Position numbers and translations under genes: made by a program. From a virus, in the IMG/VR virus record IMGVR_UViG_3300044710_000080, positions 11,026 to 75,025 of that record: a DNA stretch of 64,000 nt; one strand, 5' to 3'. This document shows positions 48,176-56,922 of the stretch, piece after piece. Position 1 is the first letter of the stretch. The number at the start of each line of letters is the position of its first letter. The notes below the pieces were generated by a model, which saw nothing but the letters and a program-made list of their open reading frames with translations, was not told the origin of the DNA and searched no databases.

Positions 48176-48511
48176 CTAATGCTCAGCATTTGCATGTCCG
48201 TTGCTGCGCCTTTGCATGGCGTTTGCTCGGCGTTTGCTGGATATGTCGGCGGCTTTTGCAAGCTCAGCCTCAATTCTGGAATGCTTCCAGTCGGCATCAA
48301 AAAAGGCTGCCACTACGGCCCTATTCGATTTCCATTGAGGAGGTGTCATGCAGGCTATTCGGGCGAGCGGCTCGTCATCGAGCGGCAGGCCGCCCGTCGT
48401 CCAATAGTGCATGATTAGAAGAAGATATGCGCCGTGTTGAGCTGCGCTCAAATGGGCCGTGTCCGCCCTATAATCGGCGACGTATAACGGCATCCATGGG
48501 CGGGTCGACAT
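48176..48511 (-). CDS. YdaU/DUF1376-like replication protein (short)
   Basis: PWMPLYVADY.ADT.HL...QHGAYLLL.MHYW..G.LP.D...LARIA, H.RI..EL. Confidence 0.8.
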   Translation of the reverse strand: MSTRPWMPLYVADYRADTAHLSAAQHGAYLLLIMHYWTTGGLPLDDEPLARIACMTPPQWKSNRAVVAAFFDADWKHSRIEAELAKAADISSKRRANAMQRRSNGHANAEH

Positions 48512-48620
48512 TGATCCCCTCGGTGCAGTCGAGGCCACCGACCAGGCGGACCGTCAGACTGCACCTGACGGCCCGCGCTGGCGGTAATGGCAGGGAGCTA
48601 CCCCGCGCGGCAACGTAACT

Positions 48621-48649
48621 ATACTATCGGCGCGTTAGTTCCAATGCAA
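48621..48649 (-). promoter_or_regulatory. Putative sigma70 promoter of the replication gene
   Basis: TTGCAT-17-TAGTAT. Confidence 0.55.
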
Positions 48650-48713
48650 GCCTAAGCCGGATTCGGGGACGGGTTCCAGCCGCTACGGGTTGATTGCCGA
48701 GGAGGCGAAGGCG

Positions 48714-49421
48714 CTAGAGCTTGGGCGTCCAGCCGGGGCCGCCCGCCGCAACCCGCTCCCGTACCGCAGCATAGGCATCGTTGAATGAGCCTTCCGTGTC
48801 GGCGGTGGGGTCATAGGGCGCGCTGAACTTTCCGACTTGGTCGCCTCTGACCGTCCAGCCGGCGCGCTCGGCTCGACCGAACAGCTCGAGGCGTGGTCCG
48901 GCGACCAGCCGCTCGATCCGGTCATGCACGCAGTCCGGCTTGCGGGAGTGCTCGCGTCGCGGCTCGATGACGCCCATGCGGACGTCGCGGTGCAGCCGCT
49001 TCGGCTTGCCGCGCGTGGCGAGGAGGCACGGCTCCGTGTTCGCACGGGTCCAGTAACCCATGCCGCAGAGCGCATCGGCATCGTCGCGGAACATGTCGAT
49101 CTGGCTGGCATGCGCCTTCATCCAATCGAAGCCACAGGTCTTGTACTCAAAGCCCCATGCCTCGATCACGCGCAGCGCGTCGAGCAGCAGCGGCCATGAA
49201 ATCCAAAGGAAGAGCGCGCAATCATCAGCCGCGACGGAAGCGACCGGAAGTGCGCAGATTTCCTCAATCGTCATCGTCTTGTAGTGCACGGCGGACGAGG
49301 TGCTTGTGCCAGACGAATTTCGTTTTTTGATGGCCGTCGCCTTGTTCCAGGTGCGGAAGCGCCACGGCGGATCTGCCAGAATGCAGGCGAAGTGCCGTGC
49401 CGGAAGGCTATCAAGCAGCAT
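48714..49421 (-). CDS. MT-A70 family adenine methyltransferase
   Basis: ILADPPW, HY.TM...EI..LPV, LFLW, AWGF.YKT, G.GYWTR.N.E, HSRKP, LELFGR. Confidence 0.9.
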   Translation of the reverse strand: MLLDSLPARHFACILADPPWRFRTWNKATAIKKRNSSGTSTSSAVHYKTMTIEEICALPVASVAADDCALFLWISWPLLLDALRVIEAWGFEYKTCGFDWMKAHASQIDMFRDDADALCGMGYWTRANTEPCLLATRGKPKRLHRDVRMGVIEPRREHSRKPDCVHDRIERLVAGPRLELFGRAERAGWTVRGDQVGKFSAPYDPTADTEGSFNDAYAAVRERVAAGGPGWTPKL

Positions 49422-49998
49422 CGAACGCCCCCACTGCCTTGACCTCGATCCGCATCATCGGCTCCTCGCCGTACCGCTTCTCGATTGTCGCCCGGACGAC
49501 CTGAGAATCGTTGTGGAAAACTATCTCGGCCAGCCCATCCAACGCGGATTTTCCTAGGTTGTCGAGGTCGGGGCGCCCTGTCGGCCGCACCACGCCGGCG
49601 AGCGCCGCATCCCGCTTTTTCCCGCTCCAGGACGCCGGCACGCCCATCACGGCCACGATCGCGACCTCGAGCGGGCCGTCAAGCGGGGGCCGGGCTCCCA
49701 TCGCCATCTTGCCGGCGATCGCCAGGGCGCGCTCGTATGCCCTGGTTTCCTGGGGGGTATAGACGGCGATGAACTGCTGCCCGCCGCGGCCGGTAGCGAT
49801 CCTGGAGCGGGGACGGCCCTTTCCTCGAGGTTCCCCGGGCAGCACGACGACGATGGTTTGCCCGGAATCTCCCGTGCTCCGGGCCGGCACGTAAGGGCGA
49901 CCGGGAGAGGGGGGTAAGTCCTTCCGGTCGCTGGAGACCACCTTGCCGCCCCGCTTAGCCTGGTGGGCGGCCAGATCCGCCTCAGTCCAGCGCGTCAC
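49411..49998 (-). CDS. rusA: RusA family Holliday junction resolvase
   Basis: PGEP.GKGRPR, YTP..T..YE, PDLDNL.K..LDGL..IV..ND.QVV..K.Y. Confidence 0.85.
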   Translation of the reverse strand: MTRWTEADLAAHQAKRGGKVVSSDRKDLPPSPGRPYVPARSTGDSGQTIVVVLPGEPRGKGRPRSRIATGRGGQQFIAVYTPQETRAYERALAIAGKMAMGARPPLDGPLEVAIVAVMGVPASWSGKKRDAALAGVVRPTGRPDLDNLGKSALDGLAEIVFHNDSQVVRATIEKRYGEEPMMRIEVKAVGAFDAA

Positions 49999-50400
49999 TC
50001 CGCGGCGACCGACGTCGGCTTCGGGAAGGCGGCCACAGTGCCCTTGGGGCGGTCACTGGCTTCGCCATCCTCGTCCTCGCCACCCTTCTCGCCCTCGAAA
50101 TTCATGGGCTGTACGGCCTCCGCACGGCCCTGCAGGCCGGAAATGTCGAGGTAGTGGTCGAAGGTGTCGAGGTAATGCCGCAGTTCCTCGGGTTCCATCC
50201 GGTCGAGCGCGACCATCTGCCGGAATACCTTCTTGTGCAGATGGTGCTTTTCGGCCGCAGTCTTGATCGCATCCGCCAGAGCGGACGTAATCTCCTTCGC
50301 GTCGGCCTTGGCCGTCCGCGCTTGTCCCATCAGGGACTTGAGTCTGTTTTGGGAAATCGAGAGAATCGTTTCGGCCGGTTTCGCCCTTCTTCTTCGCCAC
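49995..50400 (-). CDS. GapR/DUF2312-like DNA-binding protein with an apparent frameshift near the start
   Basis: RLKSL......K.I...L.D..K.A......K.FRQ.V.L.RM..EE....L...D.YL..SG. Strong SD plus GTG at 50400 is out of frame by one base. Confidence 0.5.
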
Positions 50401-50892
50401 GTTCGTCCTCCTCGGTTGCCTCAATGGAAATCGTGCGCCGCCTCATCGTCGACCCGGATCGCGTCGAGCATCGACTTCACCAGAATGCCGGGCGGCGCGC
50501 CGGTCGCGCGCACCAGCTCGGCGAGCCACGCCCGCAGCGGCCCGTCGATCGGCACCGGCAGGTAGTCCTCGTCTTCGAAGTCGAGCGGGATGCCCATGGC
50601 GCGGGGGAGTAATAGATTCGCGGAATCTGCGGAAGCGGGTAGGATGGTTGTCCCCATCAGTTTACCCCTGGAACATCTGCCGGTTCGACGATAAAGGCCG
50701 GCCCTTTCTGCGGGCATTCGATCCAGCCGCCGAAGAGGCCGTCCCCGTAGGACTTATCGACACTGCACCATCGCAACTCGCCTTGGCGGTCGCGCCCCCA
50801 AGAAACCCGCTTGAGCGTAAATCCATCCCAGCAGGACGCGATGATCCAGCGCCCATCTTTCGGTGCCGTTTCCCATGGCTCCCAGCGCATCG

Positions 50893-51162
50893 TCATTCCT
50901 GCGGGTTCCGCCCCATGAAGACCGGCCGCGTCGCCGGCCACCGAGCATCTTCCGGCCACTTAGCCCGGATTGAGGCAAGCATGGTTTCGAGCTTGTCGGC
51001 GCCGATCGACGGCCAGTCGTCCCGCTTCGGGCTTTTCAGGTCCCGGAAGAATGTCGCGTTGCCGTAAAATTCCTTGCTCGCCTGGGTCAGGCTCTTGCCG
51101 GTCGCGTGGCAGTAGGCCGCGACGATGGCGAGGAGGTTTTCGCGGATGATGCGAGCGCTCAT
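50893..51162 (-). CDS. Cro-like HTH regulator
   Basis: LL....AY..ATG.SL..AS...YGN..FF..L...WP....WP; second gene of the leftward early operon, with an operator over its start. Confidence 0.6.
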   Translation of the reverse strand: MSARIIRENLLAIVAAYCHATGKSLTQASKEFYGNATFFRDLKSPKRDDWPSIGADKLETMLASIRAKWPEDARWPATRPVFMGRNPQE

Positions 51163-51177
51163 AGAAAATCGTCCCGC
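51163..51177 (-). promoter_or_regulatory. Operator-like site abutting the cro-like start codon
   Basis: GCGGGACGATTTTCT-ATG. Confidence 0.55.
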
Positions 51178-51555
51178 AGTTCCATCATACCATCGGGCTT
51201 GATGACCGCGACGGCATTGTCCCATCTCGGCGCGGCTTCTGTCATGAACCGGGCATCCTTTTCGCGCAGGACATAGACATCCTCGCCCTGCTCGCGGGCC
51301 AAGCGCGCCAGTTCGGAAGCATCTGCGGTAAGGTCAAGATCGCCGAACCAGATTTTGCCCTTTGACCGGATGAGGACATTGGCATTGAAAACGCAGATAT
51401 GCCCCTTCGGGGCTGTCTTGGAACTCGAAATCATCCGACCGGGACTGGTAAAGTCAATTGGCATGACGCACCTCCGCTTGGGGATTTGTATCCCTCTCGG
51501 CCCTTCGCGTCTAGCCCTTGGGGTGGCCGTCAACAGAATAGCAGGCGGTGGGGCC

Positions 51556-51584
51556 TAGACAGCGGGACGATTTTCCCCTAGTCT
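51556..51584 (+). promoter_or_regulatory. Promoter with operator upstream of the recombination operon
   Basis: TAGACA-GCGGGACGATTTTCCCC(17)-TAGTCT. Confidence 0.75.
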
Positions 51585-51681
51585 CGATCCTGCGTCGGAG
51601 CCGAACAGGGCCGCACGAATCCCTTCTGGCTCCTCCGCCGCGCCCGCCCTCCCGGCGAGCCCGAACCGAAAGGAGCCGAGA

Positions 51682-52167
51682 ATGCCCCTCCCCGAAGGAT
51701 ACCTGCCCCGCGAGGGCGACGTGCTGGTCCTGCACGGGACCGTGAAATTCGACTATGACCCCGGCGAAGAAAAGGTCTGGATCAGGCTGATGGATCATTG
51801 GGAGGACGACCGTATTCCGATCTCCTCCGTCGTTGGCGTTCACTGCCGAAAATGGGAGCAGGGCGAGCAGGTCCGGCATCGCAACGTCGAGCACTGCTTC
51901 GGCGAGATCGTCGCGACGTGCGACGACATGGTGTGGGTCAAGCTCGCCGCAGACTCCAAGCGCGGGAAGAAGTTCAGCGCCGGCCAGCTCGCGACCTTCC
52001 ATTGCAACGAGCTAGAACCGGACGAGCAGGCCGAAATCCTCGCCGACGCGCGCCGCGAGAAGCGCGAGATGGAACTGGGCGGACTGCTCGCCGAGCCGCC
52101 GACTCAGACCGAGTCGGTAGCCGAATTGCGCGAGGAAGCCGCACGGGCGATGGGAGACGACGAATGA
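51682..52167 (+). CDS. Hypothetical protein
   Basis: RBS AAGGAG; first ORF after the promoter. Confidence 0.6.
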   Translation: MPLPEGYLPREGDVLVLHGTVKFDYDPGEEKVWIRLMDHWEDDRIPISSVVGVHCRKWEQGEQVRHRNVEHCFGEIVATCDDMVWVKLAADSKRGKKFSAGQLATFHCNELEPDEQAEILADARREKREMELGGLLAEPPTQTESVAELREEAARAMGDDE

Positions 52168-53042
52168 CCGACGCCCAGAACCCCCGCGCGGTCATCGGCG
52201 ACAACGTCAGTCTGGACCACGGCGCCCAAGTCGCGGCCGCCCTCGCCCGCGACTACGCCGCCACCGCCCAGGCCGTCACCGCCGCACTCGACAAGGCCCG
52301 CGACCTCCCTACGAAAGTCGAATCCGAGGGGGACGCGCTGGCCGTCGGGGCGGTCATCAAGGAGCTGCGCGACCTCGACAAGCGGGTCGAAGGCCTGCGC
52401 ATCTCGGAAAAGGCGCCCTACCTCGCCGCAGAGACGGCCGTGGATGGCTTTTTCTTCGGGTTGAGAGAGAAACTAGCCCGGCGGCAGAAAACCGCACGGC
52501 CGGGCGCCCTGGACGTTCTACAGGCCCGCGTGGACGCCTTCCTCGAGCGGCGGCGCGTCGAGGAAGAGGCCCGCCGGCGACGGGAAGCCGAGGAAGCCGC
52601 CAGAATCGCACGCGAGGCCCAGGAGAGGGCAGCGGCGGAGGCGCGGGCGGCAGAGGAGGCGGAGCGTGCCGCCGCCCGCGCCCGCAACCCGGAGCGGATC
52701 GAGGAGAAGAACGCGGCTGCGCAGGAGGCGAACCGGGCGGCCGACGCCGCCCAGGCCGAGGCGGCGCTCGCCACCGACCGCGCCCAGGAGGCCCACATTG
52801 CCACCTTGGCGAAGCCGGCCGATATGGTCCGGACCAGGGGCGACGGCGTGCTGCTGACCTCCGCGCGCGAGCCCTTCGCCGTCGTGGTCGACCGCGCCCT
52901 CCTCGACAAGGCGGCGCTCTGGCCCTTTTTTACGGACGCCGAAATCGAGAAGGCGCTCCGGGGTTGGGCGAAGTCGACGAATCACGCCAAGCCGATGCCC
53001 GGCGCTGAGGTCGGGCACAGGGCGAAGGGGGTGACGCGATGA
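52164..53042 (+). CDS. Coiled-coil phage protein of the recombination module
   Basis: MTDAQNPRAVIGDN..EKAPYL....VD.FF, long Ala/Glu/Arg helix. Confidence 0.6.
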   Translation: MTDAQNPRAVIGDNVSLDHGAQVAAALARDYAATAQAVTAALDKARDLPTKVESEGDALAVGAVIKELRDLDKRVEGLRISEKAPYLAAETAVDGFFFGLREKLARRQKTARPGALDVLQARVDAFLERRRVEEEARRRREAEEAARIAREAQERAAAEARAAEEAERAAARARNPERIEEKNAAAQEANRAADAAQAEAALATDRAQEAHIATLAKPADMVRTRGDGVLLTSAREPFAVVVDRALLDKAALWPFFTDAEIEKALRGWAKSTNHAKPMPGAEVGHRAKGVTR

Positions 53043-53953
53043 AAAAATGGCTGCAATGGTTGGCAATCACCCTGAAGGCGTCGAAAATCATCGTCGTTTT
53101 CAAGGTCGTTAAGGCCGGGAAAGTGCTCGTCCTAGTCGGCAGCATGGCGGCAAGTATCATCGCCTATGCTTTCGCGACGGGGTCGTGGTCCTTTGGTCTC
53201 GGCCTCGTTGGTCTTCTTCTGGTTCATGAACTTGGGCATGTCGAGGCAGCACGCCGTTGTGGTATCGATGCATCATGGCCTATTTTCATTCCCTTCGTCG
53301 GGGCAGCAATCTTCATCAAAAAGTTTTCTTCGATGCGTTCTGAGGCATTCGTAGCAATAGCCGGTCCGGTTGTCGGGACTGCGGGCGCTCTGATCTTGTT
53401 GATCCCTTATCTTCTTACCGGGGACAAGATATGGGCTGGCCTCGTCTATCTCGGATTGATCCTGAATACTTTTAACATGATCCCCCTCAAGCCGCTTGAT
53501 GGCGGCCGAATGACCGTAATCTGCGGACGATGGTTCCGTGTGATCGGATTTGTACTGCTTGGGGGTCTTTCGATCATCGTTCGAGAGCCGGTGATGCTCT
53601 ATGTTTGGGTGATTGTTCTTTCGGACATCACCTTCCCGCAATGGTGGCGGACTGCGGTTTCCGTTCTTTTGTCTGGTTCCATGATGATATTGATGGCGAC
53701 CGGATTTTCCTCGCAAGTGTGGTGGGCGGATATTTGCGATTGTGTTGTCGTAATCTTCGTGAGTTTCTCCTACTTTGCTACAGAGCAAGGCGTAGCGAAA
53801 GGTGCCCCCGATCCATTCTTAGAAACTTTCGATGATGATGACTCTATCTATTTGCAGGAGCGTGTAGCATGGGCCATTGGGTGGTTGAGCATGTGCTCTT
53901 TTCTAAGTATCGCCCTTTGGTTTGTTCACGATGCGGCGGGGGGCTTTCAGTGA
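53039..53953 (+). CDS. Site-2 protease (M50 intramembrane metalloprotease)
   Basis: LLVHELGH (HExxH), FIPFVGA, AIAGP, N.FNMIP..PLDGGR; multiple TM segments; lower GC. Confidence 0.85.
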   Translation: MKKWLQWLAITLKASKIIVVFKVVKAGKVLVLVGSMAASIIAYAFATGSWSFGLGLVGLLLVHELGHVEAARRCGIDASWPIFIPFVGAAIFIKKFSSMRSEAFVAIAGPVVGTAGALILLIPYLLTGDKIWAGLVYLGLILNTFNMIPLKPLDGGRMTVICGRWFRVIGFVLLGGLSIIVREPVMLYVWVIVLSDITFPQWWRTAVSVLLSGSMMILMATGFSSQVWWADICDCVVVIFVSFSYFATEQGVAKGAPDPFLETFDDDDSIYLQERVAWAIGWLSMCSFLSIALWFVHDAAGGFQ

Positions 53954-54291
53954 CAAAATCCCTCTTCGCCCTCGTCGGCATGAAGCACCGCGGGACCGAG
54001 GCGCTCGTCGCGTCGCTCCCGCAGGGGGAGCCGCTGACATTGGTGCGCGAGCCGATGAATCAGTACGATTCGAACGCGGTCCAGGTGTGGGCACGCGGGC
54101 AGCACGTCGGCTATTGTAAGGCATCGCAGGTTCGACCGCTCGCGCTCTTGATGGACCGTCGAGATCGAGAGCGGAGCCTCGCTGCCTTCGATGAAACATC
54201 GCCGCCGCGCGAGCCGCCATCAAACTATACGCTCGCCGCCCGCCTCGCTATCGACGGCGGCAAGTGGCCAATGATCGAAGTTTCAGAATGA
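53950..54291 (+). CDS. HIRAN domain protein
   Basis: VG..HRG, L.LVREP.N.YD.NAV.V...G..VGY. Confidence 0.8.
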   Translation: MTKSLFALVGMKHRGTEALVASLPQGEPLTLVREPMNQYDSNAVQVWARGQHVGYCKASQVRPLALLMDRRDRERSLAAFDETSPPREPPSNYTLAARLAIDGGKWPMIEVSE

Positions 54292-54478
54292 AGCCCGCAG
54301 AAAATCCGTTGGTCCCGAAGAGCGATCCGCGTTTCGTTCGGGACGATAGTTTGTGGGCGGCGCTCAATGAGGGCCGCGCCGATGCGGACATGCAGCGCGA
54401 CGCTGCCGAATGGATCGAATGGGCGATGGCCCATATCCCGCGCCGAAATGCAGAGCGGCGCCTAGCAGGAGAACCACG

Positions 54479-55495
54479 ATGACGAAGCCCAAGCCGACCG
54501 ACGACGCGGGCCTGTTCGGGGGAAGCGCGGCCGAAAGCCTGCCGTCTTCGCCCTCTCCAGGCTCCCCCGTGGAAGCCTCTGCGGAGCCTGCTGGCAAGCC
54601 CGGGAAGGCGGTTGCGGTACGGAAGGGGGGGAAGGGCGCCGTCGCGCCAGCGGCCGCCTCTGCCCCGCCGCAGGCCCATCCCGACGCCGGCGCGCTCGCC
54701 CTCCTGCAAACCGTCGAGCGCCTCTCGACCAACAAGGACACGAACCCGGCGATCGTGGAAATGCTGCTCAAGGAGATGCGCGATCTCCGGGCCGAGCAGG
54801 CGCGCTCGACGTTCGACGTCCAGATGGCGCTCATGCAGCAACGGCTCCCGGTCGCCCCGCGCAAAGGGAAGATCGAGGTCCGCGCGAAAGACGCCAAGGG
54901 CGACCGCACCGGGAGCATCACTCAATCGACGCCCTACGCGAAGTGGGAGGACGTCGTCGAACTGATAACGCCGGTCCTCGGCGAGCACGGCTTCTCGCTC
55001 CAGTTCAAGACCGGCCTCACCGAGAAGGGGCTTGTCCGCGTGGTCGGCATCCTCGCCGGGCACGGCCACCGGGAGACCAGCGAGATCGAGCTCCAGCACG
55101 ACTCGACGGGATCCAAGAACTCCGTCCAGGCGGTCGCTTCCTCGATCAGCTACGGGAAGCGGCACGTCGCCGGCGCGCTCCTCAATCTCGTTTCGCGCGG
55201 GGAGGATGATGACGGGGCTTCGACTGGCCGCGCGCTTGTGCTCGGCGACCCGATCACCGTCGCCCAGGCCGACCAGATCATCGACCTGCAAGAGGCCGTC
55301 GAGTGCCCGCGCGACAAGTTCCTCGAGCACCTGAACAAGACGCGGCCCAAAAATCACCCCGAGATCGACAAGCTCGCCGATCTCCCGGCGACACGGTTCG
55401 ATGAGGCAATCGCCGCGCTGCGGTCGTTCGAAGCGAATCGCAAAGCGCGCGCCGAGGCGGCGAAGAAGCCGGCGCAGCAGGGGGCGCAGACGTGA
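54479..55495 (+). CDS. erf: ERF family single-strand annealing protein
   Basis: YAKWED....I.PVL..HGF, L...GH, KN.VQA..S..SYGKR...ALLN...GEDDDG. Confidence 0.85.
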   Translation: MTKPKPTDDAGLFGGSAAESLPSSPSPGSPVEASAEPAGKPGKAVAVRKGGKGAVAPAAASAPPQAHPDAGALALLQTVERLSTNKDTNPAIVEMLLKEMRDLRAEQARSTFDVQMALMQQRLPVAPRKGKIEVRAKDAKGDRTGSITQSTPYAKWEDVVELITPVLGEHGFSLQFKTGLTEKGLVRVVGILAGHGHRETSEIELQHDSTGSKNSVQAVASSISYGKRHVAGALLNLVSRGEDDDGASTGRALVLGDPITVAQADQIIDLQEAVECPRDKFLEHLNKTRPKNHPEIDKLADLPATRFDEAIAALRSFEANRKARAEAAKKPAQQGAQT

Positions 55496-55938
55496 GCAAG
55501 CGTCCGGGCGATCCAGGCTACGCGGCTGGCTGGTGCATTCACTATCGCTACAATCGCGACGTAAAGCCCGGCCAGCCCAATACTTGTGAAGCTGGCGTTG
55601 ACTATGCCGCGTGGGACGGCATCAAGCATGCAGGTCGTCCGTGTTTCTTGGACGAGCAGGGACAGAGCAAAGAAGGCGCTGCGGTCTGCCCAAAACTACG
55701 GCGCCCGACACCCGAGGAAATAGCTCTACACGAGCAATGGCTCAATGAGCGCATGAACGTCATGGGCACGGTGATGGTCGGGATCGCGTCGTGGCGCGCG
55801 AAGCACAAGGGCCAATCGGCAGCCGAGATCGTTGAGTGTCCCGCCTGCAAAGGACGGCTCCATCTCTCAATCGCGGCTTACAACGGTCATGTCCACGGGC
55901 ATTGCGAGACAGATGGGTGCGTATCGTGGGCCGAGTAA
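55492..55938 (+). CDS. Cys/His-rich hypothetical protein
   Basis: CIHY, CEAGV, CPAC.G.L....YNGH.HG.C.T.GC..W.E. Confidence 0.6.
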   Translation: MSKRPGDPGYAAGWCIHYRYNRDVKPGQPNTCEAGVDYAAWDGIKHAGRPCFLDEQGQSKEGAAVCPKLRRPTPEEIALHEQWLNERMNVMGTVMVGIASWRAKHKGQSAAEIVECPACKGRLHLSIAAYNGHVHGHCETDGCVSWAE

Positions 55939-56618
55939 CCGCCGCCGCCAGGAAGCCCCCCGAGGACACCGTCGAGGTCTTCGACGAGGTCGAGCAGGGA
56001 TCGCCAGAATGGGCGGCGGTCAGGATGGGAACGATCACGGCGTCGAGGATGAAGGCCGTCATGGCGAACGGCCGGGACGGCGGCGAGTCGAAGATGCGGG
56101 CGACGCTCATGCGTCTGCTCGCCGCCGAGATCATCCACGGCAAGCCGATGGCGACCTTCTCCAACAATTCGATGGCTCGTGGAATCGAGATGGAGCCGTG
56201 GGCGCTGGAGCACTATGCCTTCACCCGCAACGTCGAGGTCGAGCGCGTCGGTTTCGTTCGCAGGACGATCCGCAACCCGCTCGGCGAGGACCTGGTCATC
56301 GGCGCGAGCCCCGACGGACTCGTCGCGAAGAACCGCGTGCTGCAGGTCAAGACGATGCAGCCGGATTTGATCGTCGAGATGCTCGACACCGGCCGACAGC
56401 CGAGCGAACACAAATGGCAGTGCCACGCGGAAATGTGGGTGACCGGACGCGACGAGTGCGACCTAATGATCGGCTACGAGGGATTCCCCATCGCGCCGAC
56501 GTTCTCGTTCAAACGCGATGAGGCCCTGATCGTCGAGATGCGGCGGGAGTGCGAGAAGTTCGCATGGGAACTCCGCAAGCTGATAGAGCGCGTCCGCCAA
56601 AGGGGCGGCCTCAAATGA
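55926..56618 (+). CDS. YqaJ / lambda exonuclease family protein
   Basis: EQGS.EW...R.G.ITAS, M.RG.E.EP.A, GASPDGLV, Q....MWVTGR..CD. Confidence 0.85.
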   Translation: MGRVTAAARKPPEDTVEVFDEVEQGSPEWAAVRMGTITASRMKAVMANGRDGGESKMRATLMRLLAAEIIHGKPMATFSNNSMARGIEMEPWALEHYAFTRNVEVERVGFVRRTIRNPLGEDLVIGASPDGLVAKNRVLQVKTMQPDLIVEMLDTGRQPSEHKWQCHAEMWVTGRDECDLMIGYEGFPIAPTFSFKRDEALIVEMRRECEKFAWELRKLIERVRQRGGLK

Positions 56619-56922
56619 GGGTAGAGATCGCGCCGAGGCTCTATCCGCAGCGGGGAGCAGATGTGAGAATTGGCAATGTCTATGCCAACAATCGGCAGCC
56701 GGCATTTCGTGACTTCCGCGTCGTAATAGGCATCGTCGGACAAGTTAACGGACGCCAACCTTGGAACCGGGTCGTTCTCATTCACGTCGATGGGAAAGGG
56801 GAAGTCGTCGGCGCGAGCCGGCAACCAGAACAATACGTTCGGAATCATTGGGACCTGATTGGTCGCGTGTCCGAAATGCCGGTAATGAAAATCGAATGGC
56901 TTAATGCAAGCGAGAAGGCGGA

